Below are positions 21,194 through 32,600 of a DNA stretch of 64,000 nucleotides, in pieces. Within the stretch, counting starts at the first letter, position 1; every line of letters starts with the position of its first letter. The translations under genes and the position numbers were made by a program. The DNA lies in contig JBKEHQ010000001.1 of assembly GCA_046710875.1 (NCBI GenBank), forward strand, positions 1,119 through 65,118, read 5' to 3'. The notes under the pieces are model-generated. The model was given only the letters and a program-made list of their open reading frames with translations. It had not been told where the DNA came from and searched no databases. This stretch comes from Candidatus Thalassarchaeaceae archaeon. Lineage in GTDB: Archaea > Thermoplasmatota > Poseidoniia > Poseidoniales > Thalassarchaeaceae.

Positions 21194-21880
21194 ATGATAA
21201 CTCGCCAGAAAGGTCTGATGATGCGTACTAACAACCATGAAATTATAGCAAACCGTAGTCGATACGATGAGCAAGGATCTATCGGTATTGGAGCAATGAT
21301 TGTTTTCATTGCACTAATTTTAGTAGCTGCTGTTGCATCTACTGTTATTATCAAGACTGCTGAAGAATTACAAGATAGGGCTGAGAAAACTGGTGACGAT
21401 ACTCGTGATCAAATATCAGGTAAATTATTAGTTACAGATGCATATATTGCATCAATCGATGTGGATGGCCCAGATGGCGTCGCTGCTAATGCGGATGACG
21501 TAAATGCAGTAAAATCAATTGTAGTGATTGCAAAATTAGCATCCGGTTCTGATAATACTCTTCCATCAAACATGCAGTGGTTCGTAGTATGCAATAACGG
21601 CGGAACCTATGCTGACGCCACAGATTCAATTGAAGAAACTGATTCAGATTTAGGATTGTCAGCAAGGGCTGCTGATGCATCATTATCATCAGGGCAACAA
21701 TTTGCGTTCACAATGAATCTAGGAAATACAGGGGATGTAGCCCCTGACAATTTAGGGAACTGCATGGATGCTGCATTAGTAGGTACTTCTTTGTCTGTTA
21801 CTTTAAATGTTGAAGGCGGAGGAGACACTCGCCTAGATCTTGAAATCGAAGAAGTTTCCGTAGGGAGTAAGTTAATTTAA
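21194..21880 (+). CDS. flaB: Archaellin 1
   Basis: Class III signal G|SIGIGAMIVFIALILVAAVAS; true start probably 21218 or 21221. Confidence 0.92.
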   Translation: MITRQKGLMMRTNNHEIIANRSRYDEQGSIGIGAMIVFIALILVAAVASTVIIKTAEELQDRAEKTGDDTRDQISGKLLVTDAYIASIDVDGPDGVAANADDVNAVKSIVVIAKLASGSDNTLPSNMQWFVVCNNGGTYADATDSIEETDSDLGLSARAADASLSSGQQFAFTMNLGNTGDVAPDNLGNCMDAALVGTSLSVTLNVEGGGDTRLDLEIEEVSVGSKLI

Positions 21881-22127
21881 GGATTATGAAAATTAATGGA
21901 GGCAAAGATTATGAATTACGAACTAATTAATACAACAAAAAATGACGAAAAGGGATCGATTGGTATTGGAGCAATGATTGTTTTCATTGCACTAATTTTA
22001 GTAGCTGCTGTTGCATCTACTGTTATTATCAAGACTGCTGAAGAATTACAAGATAGGGCTGAAAAAACTGGTGACGATACTCGTGATCAGATATCAGGTA
22101 AATTATTAGTTACAGATGCATATATTG
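21284..22127 (+). repeat. 166-bp near-identical direct repeat (21284-21449 and 21962-22127) in the archaellin N-terminal regions
   Basis: Manual alignment shows 2 mismatches, both synonymous (GAG/GAA, CAA/CAG). Confidence 0.85.
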
Positions 22128-22591
22128 GAGCTGATTGCACCTATGCAGCCAGCGCCTTTGATGTTGATTGTGTTGATGCAGATGATGCAGTTAGAGCTGC
22201 ATCTGCTGATAATGATATTGATATGATTATAGTAATAGCCAAGCTTGCATCAGGTTCTGATAATACGCTTCCAGTTTCTATGAGTTACACAATAGCATGC
22301 GATGATGGTACCGGGACCTTCACTACTGACCACTCTTTGCTATCTTCAACTGAGGCTGATGCCGATGCACTCCATGATGCAGATATTAGAACAATGGGTG
22401 ATGTAGACATCCTTGATACAACATCTCTTTCATCCGGAGAGCAATTCAAATTTACTATCCACACAACCAATTGTGATGCTGCAGCTGTTGTAGGGGGATC
22501 ATTATCTCTTACACTAAATGTTGAAGGCGGTGGAGACACACGTCTAGATTTGGAAATCGAAACTATTGCCATTGGAGATAAACTCATCTGA
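21896..22591 (+). CDS. flaB: Archaellin 2
   Basis: KG|SIGIGAMIVFIALILVAAVAS; paralog of the preceding gene. Confidence 0.92.
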   Translation: MEAKIMNYELINTTKNDEKGSIGIGAMIVFIALILVAAVASTVIIKTAEELQDRAEKTGDDTRDQISGKLLVTDAYIGADCTYAASAFDVDCVDADDAVRAASADNDIDMIIVIAKLASGSDNTLPVSMSYTIACDDGTGTFTTDHSLLSSTEADADALHDADIRTMGDVDILDTTSLSSGEQFKFTIHTTNCDAAAVVGGSLSLTLNVEGGGDTRLDLEIETIAIGDKLI

Positions 22592-22644
22592 GAGTATTTC
22601 CTAAAGTTATGTCTCAAGGAGATTATGACTATGGAGGATAAAAA

Positions 22645-23454
22645 ATGGGCCTTTTTGATAACCTACCCTTCAGCGGCCTAGGTACAGATGGAGATATGAC
22701 CAAACGTTTAGACCGCGTTGCAAAGCTTTCTATTGAGCAAGTGGATATTCCCTCTGAGTTTAGGCCTACCGATTTAGAAGCTTGGTTATTTGCTCCTGCT
22801 GGTACTAGAGTAGGAATTCTTGGAGAGCCACAAGGAAATAATCAATCTGAATTGACGCCAGAACTTGTTGAATTAATCAAGGACAGATTCGAAAGATTAG
22901 AAACTGCACTAGATTTAATGGAAACTAACATTAAAATCACTCAACAACAAACAGCGGAAATGGCTGGAGCATCACTCGGGAGTAGCCCTATATCTGAATC
23001 ATCAGATATGATTCATAGCGTAAATTCAGATGGAGAAGTTGTGAGTAAACCTGTACCTACAATATCTACAGATGATCCTATATTTGGTTCACATCAAAAT
23101 TCAGGTGGACCTGGTTTACTAGATTTGTATGAAGCCCAATCATTAGCAGTAAATCCATTCCTAAGGGCAAGTGATGCTGGAGAATTATTGTCAGGACCAC
23201 AAATTGACTCTGCAAAATTAGCTGCATTATTACTTGATAATATGTCGGGGGCAGATTCATTGAGATTCATAAAAAATGCAGGGGCATCCGGAATTCTTAC
23301 TAGTAATGAACAAGACTCACTTTCAGCAATAGTTTCTCTGGCAGAACCGGGCGAAAAATCAGAAGGACCACCTTCTTTGTCAAATCGCAACCTCCTTACC
23401 TTTGCCGCTATGATTGATGCTTGGAGGGTTCAACTATCTCAAAAGGAGGTATAA
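22645..23454 (+). CDS. Archaellum accessory protein, divergent ArlC/D/E-like
   Basis: Position between flaB and flaF; coiled coil; LLDLYEAQSLAVNPF resembles the ArlC YE....NPF motif. Confidence 0.65.
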   Translation: MGLFDNLPFSGLGTDGDMTKRLDRVAKLSIEQVDIPSEFRPTDLEAWLFAPAGTRVGILGEPQGNNQSELTPELVELIKDRFERLETALDLMETNIKITQQQTAEMAGASLGSSPISESSDMIHSVNSDGEVVSKPVPTISTDDPIFGSHQNSGGPGLLDLYEAQSLAVNPFLRASDAGELLSGPQIDSAKLAALLLDNMSGADSLRFIKNAGASGILTSNEQDSLSAIVSLAEPGEKSEGPPSLSNRNLLTFAAMIDAWRVQLSQKEV

Positions 23455-23458
23455 AATA

Positions 23459-23863
23459 ATGGCCGGATCAAGCATTGCTGGAATGATAGTTGGAACTGTT
23501 TTTATTGTAATTTTTGCTTCTGCCACTGTAACAATGGTCGATAATATCAATAAAGCCCAGCAGGCAACAGAAGTTAATTTACCAGATCCTGAAATTAACT
23601 TAGACTTAGCTACTTGGACTGATGGAACACTAGTATTAACAATTAGTAATGTCGGCTCAGAAACAATTTCTGTAAACCATATTTATTTCTCTCTTGATGG
23701 AGGTACGCCATTATCTATTGGAGACTCTTCACTTGCTTTAGATTCAACAGGTTCTCTCTTTCCAGGAGAAACTATTTTTGTTACACAAACTGGAGTCACG
23801 CCCGCTCCTACGGATGCATTACTAGTAGCGTTTGAATACTCCTCATCTGTTGAAGTGACATAG
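23459..23863 (+). CDS. flaF: Archaellum protein ArlF/FlaF
   Basis: GGAGGT RBS before ATG 23459; N-terminal TM; ISNVGSETI and LFPGET motifs. Confidence 0.7.
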   Translation: MAGSSIAGMIVGTVFIVIFASATVTMVDNINKAQQATEVNLPDPEINLDLATWTDGTLVLTISNVGSETISVNHIYFSLDGGTPLSIGDSSLALDSTGSLFPGETIFVTQTGVTPAPTDALLVAFEYSSSVEVT

Positions 23864-23875
23864 GGGAGTGAGAGC

Positions 23876-24364
23876 ATGGGTGATGGGCCGTCGGAATTAA
23901 TTATGTTAACTACAGGATTGTTAGTTGCCACCATAGTTTCTTCATTACTATTATCAACATGGGGCAGTATATCCCAAGGGCTTGACAATCAAGGTGATCA
24001 AGAACTTATGGATGCTAAAACGCGAGCTTCCATTATTAATAATCCAGCCTCAGTATTGTGGGATGAAGATGCCACAGATTCAGATGTTAAAACATCAATA
24101 TTTGTACAAAACTCTGGTAAAACAACTCTAAATATTGACTCTACCTATATTGTGATCGGAGGTGTTATGATGACAATAGAATCATCAGCCGGCTCTCCAG
24201 TAATATGGTCTGTAGGCGAAGTGGTAGAATTTGAAATTAAAGTTGATAATGCGGTGTTTGATCCTACAGTTGAAACTGAATATATTCTAAATATTGGAGT
24301 AACATCAGCATTAACATCACCTTCGGGAACTTATAGTGCAGCAGAGGTGATCAGACTTGTCTGA
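23876..24364 (+). CDS. flaG: Archaellum protein ArlG/FlaG
   Basis: SELIMLTTGLLVATIVS N-terminus; IINNP; VQNSGKTTL; WSVGE. Confidence 0.75.
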   Translation: MGDGPSELIMLTTGLLVATIVSSLLLSTWGSISQGLDNQGDQELMDAKTRASIINNPASVLWDEDATDSDVKTSIFVQNSGKTTLNIDSTYIVIGGVMMTIESSAGSPVIWSVGEVVEFEIKVDNAVFDPTVETEYILNIGVTSALTSPSGTYSAAEVIRLV

Positions 24365-25049
24365 AGAGGATGGATTCGATTTTGGAATCATTCAGGATAG
24401 CCTAGCAAATAGTATGGGGGCTTCAATTCCAAATCGATCAATCGGTATAATAAGCGGAGGGATTGGTGCAGGTAAAAGTTTAATATGTCAAAGATTAGCA
24501 TTCGGATTTGTACAAAATGGGGCCAAAGTAGCATATGTTACAACGGAGCTAACGACCAGAGGTTGGTTAGAGCAAGTTGCTAGCATTGGTTACGATATGG
24601 ATAAGCGAATAGATGAAGGTAATTTTTTATTAATATCTAGTTTCGGAGTTATTGCTGAAGAAATTCAAGAACAAGTATCTCTAACTGATATTTTGAATTC
24701 TCCAGGTTTACTAGAAGCGGAAATAATAATAATAGATCGTGCATCTCAAATACTAGCCCACGAAACAAATGCACATTTATTACTTTCACAATTAAGAAAA
24801 TTTAATTCTTCAGGTAGAACAGTATTACTTACAATGGACAAAGAAGAAATTGATTTAAGATTACTAAGAGAAATAAAGAATTCTGCCGAAGTAGTTTTAG
24901 ATTTAGAGACAGCAACTATTGGCGGAGACATCGTTAGAACAATAGCCGTGACTCGTTTTTTACGAGCTGCGGGTCCGACACAAGGAAGGATAGGCTGGAA
25001 AGTAATGCCTCAGATGGGCTTTATAGTAGATATTACTGCAGTCAGTTAA
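24357..25049 (+). CDS. flaH: Archaellum RecA/KaiC-like ATPase ArlH/FlaH
   Basis: Walker A GGIGAGKS; YVTTELT; C-terminal MGFIVDITAVS; position before flaI. Confidence 0.88.
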   Translation: MSEEDGFDFGIIQDSLANSMGASIPNRSIGIISGGIGAGKSLICQRLAFGFVQNGAKVAYVTTELTTRGWLEQVASIGYDMDKRIDEGNFLLISSFGVIAEEIQEQVSLTDILNSPGLLEAEIIIIDRASQILAHETNAHLLLSQLRKFNSSGRTVLLTMDKEEIDLRLLREIKNSAEVVLDLETATIGGDIVRTIAVTRFLRAAGPTQGRIGWKVMPQMGFIVDITAVS

Positions 25050-25065
25050 TTAAAGGGGGGAAATT

Positions 25066-26805
25066 TTGGTCAGTGAAAATAACATAGAACCGGAATTTGA
25101 TATTCAACCTGGTGATCTTGGGGGCTTAATGGCTCGTTATGCCCACATACGAGTTTGGGTCGAAGCTTTTGAGAAGAAACATGGTACAAGGCCTATTTAT
25201 TATGGTTGGTTAGACAGTGGTGCAAGAAAGATTGAGCCATGTAACTTAATTTATGCTACAAGACCCCCTTGTTTTGCTCACGTTTACAAGCCATTAGTTG
25301 GTGAAGACGAGGCAGGAGCAACTCTTTGGTTCGGTCTGGAACCAACTTTAGAAAACGATGAAGAAGAAGAAATCAAAGATCAAATTGTTGAGAGATTATT
25401 GAGAGATGCCCCTCAGGCTGAAAGATTTGATGATGATAAACAATTTATTGATATGTTAGATATGATGATAGAGAAAACCTGTAAAGTAGGTACAAACCCT
25501 CTATTGAATAATCCTCTCATAGCTCAAGCCAGAGAATTAATTGGGTTGGGAGAAGCACCAATATATGTTACCGAAGATCAGTTAGAACGGCTAAAATATG
25601 TTATTGCTAGGGACTTAGTAAAAAATGGACCTCTAGAAACTCTACTTTCTGATGAGCAATTAGAAGATATTCACTCCGTTGGTTTATCTAGGATAATAAT
25701 GGATCATAAAGTATTCAAATCTGTTATATCAAATATTAGATTTAAAGATTCAGCAGTTTTGAACCAATATCTTCGTTCGATGTCGGAAAGAATAGGAAGA
25801 CCTGTTTCAGATTCAAAACCTATCATAGATGGTTCATTATTAGATGGCTCAAGAATAAACATAATTTACAGTGACGATGTATCTATTTCAGGACCTTCTT
25901 TTACAATTAGAAAATTCGCTGAAGAAACTATTTCAATTATTCAATTAATAAAATGGGGAACTTTATCGGCCCAACAAGCTGCATATATTTGGCTAGGTTT
26001 ACAATTCGGGCAGTCGATGTTAGTATCAGGAGAGACTGCTTCTGGAAAAACAACTACATTGAATGCTATTTTACCATTCGTTGACCATCAAGTAAAGATA
26101 TATTCTGCTGAAGATACTCCGGAGGTAAAAGTTTCACATAAGTTATGGCAACGACTAGTAACTAGAGATTCAAAGAATGAAGAATCTCGAGTTGAAATGT
26201 TCGATTTATTGAAAGCTGCACTGCGTTCAAGACCAAGATACATAATAATTGGAGAAATACGTGGTGTAGAGGGAGCAACAGCGTTCCAAGCAATGCAGAC
26301 CGGACATCCGGTAATTGGAACGTTTCACGCATCATCAATTGTAAAGATGATTCAAAGATTCACCGGAGATCCAATAAATGTTCCAACTAGATTTTTTGAT
26401 AATCTAAATTTTGCTATATTTCAAGAAGTTGTGGAATCAGAAGGCAAAGGAATTGTCAGGAGAGTAACGGGAGTAGACGAAATAATAGGATATAATAAGA
26501 TTGCAGATGGTGTTCTAACGAGAGGTATGTTTGAATGGGACCCAGTTCAAGATGTTCATTATTTTAGAGGCATGTTTCAATCATATATTTTAGAAAATAG
26601 AATTGCACCATTTATGGGTTTTCAAAATAAAAGATTAATTTATGATGAATTACAAAGAAGGACTGAAGTTATCGAAAGAATGGTTGAGCGAGATCTAACT
26701 CATTTTGATGATGTATTCGATTTACTTGATATATTTTATATTCAAGGTTGGGAACCATTTGTAGAAAATGTTGAAACTTGGGTGGGTAAAAATCACCAAC
26801 AGTGA
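25066..26805 (+). CDS. flaI: Archaellum motor ATPase ArlI/FlaI
   Basis: SGETASGKTT, AEDTPE, LRSRPRYIIIGEIRG and QTGH..TFHA motifs. Confidence 0.93.
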   Translation: MVSENNIEPEFDIQPGDLGGLMARYAHIRVWVEAFEKKHGTRPIYYGWLDSGARKIEPCNLIYATRPPCFAHVYKPLVGEDEAGATLWFGLEPTLENDEEEEIKDQIVERLLRDAPQAERFDDDKQFIDMLDMMIEKTCKVGTNPLLNNPLIAQARELIGLGEAPIYVTEDQLERLKYVIARDLVKNGPLETLLSDEQLEDIHSVGLSRIIMDHKVFKSVISNIRFKDSAVLNQYLRSMSERIGRPVSDSKPIIDGSLLDGSRINIIYSDDVSISGPSFTIRKFAEETISIIQLIKWGTLSAQQAAYIWLGLQFGQSMLVSGETASGKTTTLNAILPFVDHQVKIYSAEDTPEVKVSHKLWQRLVTRDSKNEESRVEMFDLLKAALRSRPRYIIIGEIRGVEGATAFQAMQTGHPVIGTFHASSIVKMIQRFTGDPINVPTRFFDNLNFAIFQEVVESEGKGIVRRVTGVDEIIGYNKIADGVLTRGMFEWDPVQDVHYFRGMFQSYILENRIAPFMGFQNKRLIYDELQRRTEVIERMVERDLTHFDDVFDLLDIFYIQGWEPFVENVETWVGKNHQQ

Positions 26806-26814
26806 GGCATTCTG

Positions 26815-28611
26815 ATGGAATCAAAATTATCAAATTGGCAAATAACTCTTTTACGTTTGGGTATGCCATTTACACAGTATCTAATTATATTTGCATTGCC
26901 TGCTACTATTCTTGCATTAATAGTCGGAGGATTTGTTTCTTACTCTGCAGGCACTTCATTAGAGCTTTTTCCTAAATTAATACTCACAATATTGTTCCCA
27001 ATAATAACTCTGGCTGCAGTTTTACTTTATCCTCTTTCAAATACCTCAAAATTAGCCACTGAAATAGAACAAGATATGCACATGTTCATTACTAGAATGG
27101 GCATTTTATCTTTAGGTGAACAAGCCGAAAGAGGTATGTTTGATATCCTAAAAGATATGAAGGATTATGGAGCCTTGGCAAATGAGGTTCAGGCAATTGA
27201 AACTCTCGTAACAAAATGGCATACAAATTTACCAGAAGCTGCCAGGATTGTTGGCAGACAAAGCCCATCTCCAATATGGAGTGATTTTTTAGATAGAATG
27301 TCATTCTCAGTCGAAGTTGGTCAACCAATTGGAGAATTTATGAGAAGCGAGTCTGAAACTTTTGAATCACAATATCAGACATTATATGATGCCAGATTAG
27401 AACAATTAGACACTTTACGTGAAACCTTTGTTTCTCTTACAACTACAGGAATGTTACTTTTGGTTGTCTCAGGACTCCATCTTGTGCTATTCCAAGTTGG
27501 TGACGGAACTAATGATTTAATTGCAATAATAATTCGAGCAAGGTATGTAATTGGAGCATCTGCATTATTCGCTTTTCTACAATTTGGTGCATGGTTTTTG
27601 TTTACATTAGTCATACCCGACGAACCCTTATTTGCCAGGCACTCATTTAATACAAAACACAAAATTAATCTTCGCAGAGCATGGATTGCTGCTACGTTTT
27701 TAGTTACATTTGAATCCTTAGGATTTTTATATGTTCTAGTAACAAGTGATTTCGGTAGTTTATTACTAACCAATTGGAAATATTATGGACTTTTCATGAT
27801 AGCACTAACTATGACGCCATTTTTATTACCATCAATTTTAGTTTCTCGTGAAGAAGTAAAAGTAAGGAGGAGAGATGAAGCCTTCCCTGAATTCATACGT
27901 GCTTTCGGAGGAACAGCCCAAGCACGTAGTGCAGAACCAAGTGCAATGATCAAAGCTCTAAGCAGTATTGATTTTGGTGCTTTAAGTAGCTCCATTGATC
28001 AGTTAGAAAAACGATTAGCAATGAGGATAGATAGTGACTATTCATGGGACTGGTTTGCTGCGGATAATAATTCTATGATGGTTTCAAGATTTACTAGAGT
28101 ATTCTTAGAAGGCTCCCAATCTAGTGGGGAGGCTGGAACAGTTGGAGATCTAGTTTCTCAGAGTACAGCAGGATTGCTTGCACTAAGAAATAGAAGGGAA
28201 ATATCTGCTGGAACTATGAGAGGAGTATCTTATGGTATCTTAATAGCGATGATCATTGCTCTAAATATTACAATTGAAATTGTAGCTGGTTTAGGAGAGC
28301 AAATTGCAGAAGTAGCAGCAGGATTACTATCCTCCGGTGCTAGTGGAGCAGGCGCCGGAGATTTAGCAGTTGGATTACCGGTTCTGACAGATACGGCTGG
28401 AGTAGAACAAAACATACTTGTCTTCAATATGACTAGCTCGTTTCTAATTATTGTCGTAATAGTTGTTTTAGGATTTATTACTGCTAGAATTAAAGGTGGA
28501 GGTTTTACCTTATCACTAGGACAAATGATACAAATGATGTGGGTTGCTGCAATCGCCAGTGGAATAAGCGCCTTTGTCCTTACTAATTCAGTTGGAGTAT
28601 TTACAGGCTAA
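26815..28611 (+). CDS. flaJ: Archaellum membrane platform protein ArlJ/FlaJ
   Basis: Multi-TM T2SS-F-like protein; MHMFITRM, DFLDRM and RRDEAFPEFIRA motifs. Confidence 0.9.
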   Translation: MESKLSNWQITLLRLGMPFTQYLIIFALPATILALIVGGFVSYSAGTSLELFPKLILTILFPIITLAAVLLYPLSNTSKLATEIEQDMHMFITRMGILSLGEQAERGMFDILKDMKDYGALANEVQAIETLVTKWHTNLPEAARIVGRQSPSPIWSDFLDRMSFSVEVGQPIGEFMRSESETFESQYQTLYDARLEQLDTLRETFVSLTTTGMLLLVVSGLHLVLFQVGDGTNDLIAIIIRARYVIGASALFAFLQFGAWFLFTLVIPDEPLFARHSFNTKHKINLRRAWIAATFLVTFESLGFLYVLVTSDFGSLLLTNWKYYGLFMIALTMTPFLLPSILVSREEVKVRRRDEAFPEFIRAFGGTAQARSAEPSAMIKALSSIDFGALSSSIDQLEKRLAMRIDSDYSWDWFAADNNSMMVSRFTRVFLEGSQSSGEAGTVGDLVSQSTAGLLALRNRREISAGTMRGVSYGILIAMIIALNITIEIVAGLGEQIAEVAAGLLSSGASGAGAGDLAVGLPVLTDTAGVEQNILVFNMTSSFLIIVVIVVLGFITARIKGGGFTLSLGQMIQMMWVAAIASGISAFVLTNSVGVFTG

Positions 28612-28658
28612 CTCCTTTTTAGCGCTGATATATAGGAATCTTGATGATTGATGTTTAG

Positions 28659-29672
28659 GTGCTTCAATTGATGGATGTCAACTCTGCAGTCGATTTTCTA
28701 AGACTATTATTGTTATATTCATGCTTACTAATAGCCGCCAAATCGGATATATCAAAATTCTTAGTAAAAAATAAACATTGGATATACTTTTCTCCATTTG
28801 CAATTATATTACTAATTTTAGATATGATCATATCCAAGTCTTCAATTTGGAATATTTTTATGATTTTTACATTAGTATCCATAGCAGCCTCTTCATTAGG
28901 TATCGTTCCAAATATTAAGCAAATTACTACTTTTAATCTAATAAATTATTGTGTAATAATTTGTTATATTTTAGGATTCATGGGGATAATCAATGGAATA
29001 TTCCATTATACTCAAATAGACTACTATTCCCTAATTCTTCAAACAGAAAGTCATAATGTAACATTATGGTGGACACTAGTGTTTGCATCAATATCGATGA
29101 TTTTCTATATGTTTGTTTGGAGATATGGATTAATTCAAGGAGGGGCAGATGTCAAAGCTCTTATTTGGACTACACTTTTAATTCCTAGTTGGGCATTTAT
29201 TCCTCAGCCCTATATTTATCAAACTACATTGATTGAAAGAGAGGACATAATAGTGCAATTACCTCCATCTTTTGTATTATTTCTATGGGGAAGTAGTGTT
29301 TTTATTATTGCACCTATTATATATTTAATTAGAAATACTCTAGAAAATAATATAAAATCATTATCGGACTTAAAAGTAGCATGGCATGCAAGAAAAGTCT
29401 TATTATCAGAGATTTCAGGAAATAAATTCTGGATCTTATCTGAAATTATAATGGACGATAATGAACAATATATTGATACTAAAAATCGAATTTTACCTGA
29501 TATAAATAATGAAAATAAAAGTATCCAAGAAAGAATTGATGAATTTAAAAAATATGATATTGAAAAAATATGGGTCACAAACAAGTATCCATTTATGGGG
29601 TATCTTTTCTTTGCAATATTTCCATTAATTATCTTTGGAGATCCAATTGCAATAATTTTAACATTAATATAA
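28659..29672 (+). CDS. flaK: Prearchaellin/prepilin peptidase (A24B, ArlK/PibD)
   Basis: First Asp in KSD, GGADVK motif, C-terminal KIWVTNKYPFM. Confidence 0.85.
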   Translation: MLQLMDVNSAVDFLRLLLLYSCLLIAAKSDISKFLVKNKHWIYFSPFAIILLILDMIISKSSIWNIFMIFTLVSIAASSLGIVPNIKQITTFNLINYCVIICYILGFMGIINGIFHYTQIDYYSLILQTESHNVTLWWTLVFASISMIFYMFVWRYGLIQGGADVKALIWTTLLIPSWAFIPQPYIYQTTLIEREDIIVQLPPSFVLFLWGSSVFIIAPIIYLIRNTLENNIKSLSDLKVAWHARKVLLSEISGNKFWILSEIIMDDNEQYIDTKNRILPDINNENKSIQERIDEFKKYDIEKIWVTNKYPFMGYLFFAIFPLIIFGDPIAIILTLI

Positions 29673-29673
29673 A

Positions 29674-32600
29674 TTAAAAGAAATCATCCAATGTCATTAC
29701 AGTTACAAAATCATTATTGAATAACGAATCCACGCTATCTGATGTCCAATATACTCTCTGTTTAGTATACATATCTACTCCAAATTCTTCAATTACATCT
29801 TTAGTAATTTGAATATATTTTTTTACAGCCCCCTTTGATACTGTCAATACTACATTACCATTGCACATCGATCCATCATCGCCCCTAGAAATAGTATCAA
29901 AACCACTTCTAATGGTTTTTCTTTGAATGCACTTTCCTGCAAGTGGCATTCTTCTGTACTTCTCACCACATTTAACACATCTAACAGACTGCCTGGTAAA
30001 TGCCATCATATTTCCTCTCATGTCTGGTAAAAAATGTGATTGAATTACCTTTGATGCAACTAAAGTTGCATCAACAGCACGTAAGCGTTTTCCAAGGTTT
30101 AATTGACCATCCATTTTGTCTTTCATACTTTTTAGTGTTTTATATGAGGAGTTTTTTGGTCCAGCATCCAGGGGTCCAGAATCATGTGTCCACCCATATC
30201 CTCGTTTATCTCCAATTGAACCTTCTCTATGTGAAACTAAATCGACCATATTCATCATTTCACTTGGATGTGGTTGAGTAAGCGTCGATTCATAAAACGA
30301 ACTAGAATAACTCCATGAACAATCGACATTAAGTGCTTCTTTATCTATTTCACTTGGATTTATTCTTGTTGAAAGTACAAGTGGAGCATCCATCTGACCC
30401 CCTCTTCCTGATGGTAAAATAGATCTTGAAAAGTTAAGTAAACCATCTAAGAGAAGCATAATACTATCTTCATCTCCATCACAATTTCGTCTTTTAGCAG
30501 CGTGGAATAATGGGTGAGCATATCCTGCTGAGGCCTTCGTCCATCCAATTATTCTACATAGTACCCCTCCTGAAGTATGCGGGGCAAGGCCAATTCCCAA
30601 CTGACCTACTAAGTCTAATTCATGTTTAACATTATAGAACGGCTCCATTTTATAAAATCTTACTAGCAACTCATCTACAAATTTACATGTTGAAATTAAA
30701 TGCTCTTTACCATTAATTGATGGTATGAAATCCTGTGGATATAACTCTAGTATTTGATCGTCAGATTTTAATTGTTTTCCAAACATATCATACTTATAGC
30801 CTAAATTATATAATTTCTTCCAAGGAGTACCAATCTCTGATGGTTTAAAATGCGTTACTGGTACATCTATCATATCATATCTGGCCGTACCATCTCTAAA
30901 TACTGATAAATTATGCTTCGCCCTCAATATTCCTTTTTCAATTGGTTCAGGTGTTTGTAATTTTGAAATTAATTCTTTCATAGCTTTAATTCTTATTGGA
31001 AGACGTTCTAAATTTAAAGACCTTCTTTTCACTTCTAGTATCGATTCTATGGGTACATTAGTTCTTTCTCCTAGCCTTCTACGTTGTTGATTTTTATTAT
31101 TTCTTACTACAGTTCTTCCTCCACATTCAATGGGATCAGATTGATCAACTCTATTATGACAAATTATATGCCCTGAACTCTTTCCACATTTTTTACACGT
31201 TCTTGGAGACATTTCCACAGTTATTGATACTTTATTGGATGCTTGTTGCATTAGTCTCTGCGGCCCGCCAGATCCTCCGATAGGGTACAATGAATGTACC
31301 ATTGGTTTCATCTCTCTAATTCCAGATTTTTCAGGTCTACCCATTCTTGCTCCAATTCTGCAAGGAACTGCATCTTCCCACCGGATAGAAGATAAATTTC
31401 TTACTAACCATAATGTTTTATCTACATCATCATCATCTATCAATTTCATTGCATTCTGATATATTTGCATGTCGCTTGGCCCATTATCAATTATTTTACT
31501 TGCTGCTATTTCTCCAGATTTTTCTGTCTCAGATGCCTCTAATCCAGATTGCATTGCCCTTGTAGTGGCTTCTCGCCTGGCTTCTTCTCTATTTTCTCTA
31601 AGAATTTTAGACCTTTCATTTTCTTCATCAATTATAATAATAGAACTTTTTAATTTTGATAATCTATCCTTAACATAAGGCTCATAATCAGAATTTTTAA
31701 TTATTTTATTATTAGTAATTTTTAATCCAAGACCATAAAGTAATCCTTCCCAATAACGAGGTATGATTATGTCTGCACCCTGATGATGATGCTCTAATCC
31801 CAATGTCATTAACGCACATTTTATGACTCCATGTACTTTTATTTCAGATGTTTTGGGGAACTGATTAATTACTTCGTCAGGAATCAATCCTTCCAATTCA
31901 TTACCAATATTCCAATTTTTAACAACATTATTTAGTCGTAATTTACCTTTATTAACTTGTGATTTAAGTAATTCTTCAACCAATATTGGAATCACTGAAA
32001 TTGGTAAATCAGACCACCAAATATTCCATGGTGGAGGAACTGCTGTGCCAAAATTTTCTGATATCTTACATACTTGATCCCAATTTAACTGATATGTTCG
32101 TAAAAAATTAATCCATTCTCTTTTACGCCAATTCCTATCAATTTGTCTCTCTCCTCCTCTATTAATGGCCCCTGTAAAAGGAATACCTAAAGGAAACTTT
32201 TTCTTATTTATTCCTAAAATACTGGCTAAAGAGATAATTTTATCAGGGTGATCTAAAGCTTCTGCAAGGTCAGCAGCCCACCAATCCTTCGAATATGAAG
32301 ATGGTACTAAATTTTTATTATTTTCTAGGAATTCTCCAAATCCTAATAATATTTCACCCGAATCCCATATGGAATGTATCTTATTCTCAGTATCTTTCCA
32401 TCCTTCAAGAGTTTTAATTAGTTTAAAATTTCCATTTATTTCTAATATTAATGGGCCATCAATTTCTATACACGGAGTTACCGCACACGCTTTCCCAGGT
32501 CTTTCCATTTTCATCTGAGTCCCAACAGATAAAAATCCACCCATCGCTTCCATAGTAATTGGATTAATTCCTGCTGCTGCTAATCCAGTAACTCTACTTC

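Noticed and set aside
30460..30510. Intein in DP2
   Set aside because: The usual insertion site reads uninterrupted HAAKRRNCDGDED, and no intein or LAGLIDADG motifs were seen
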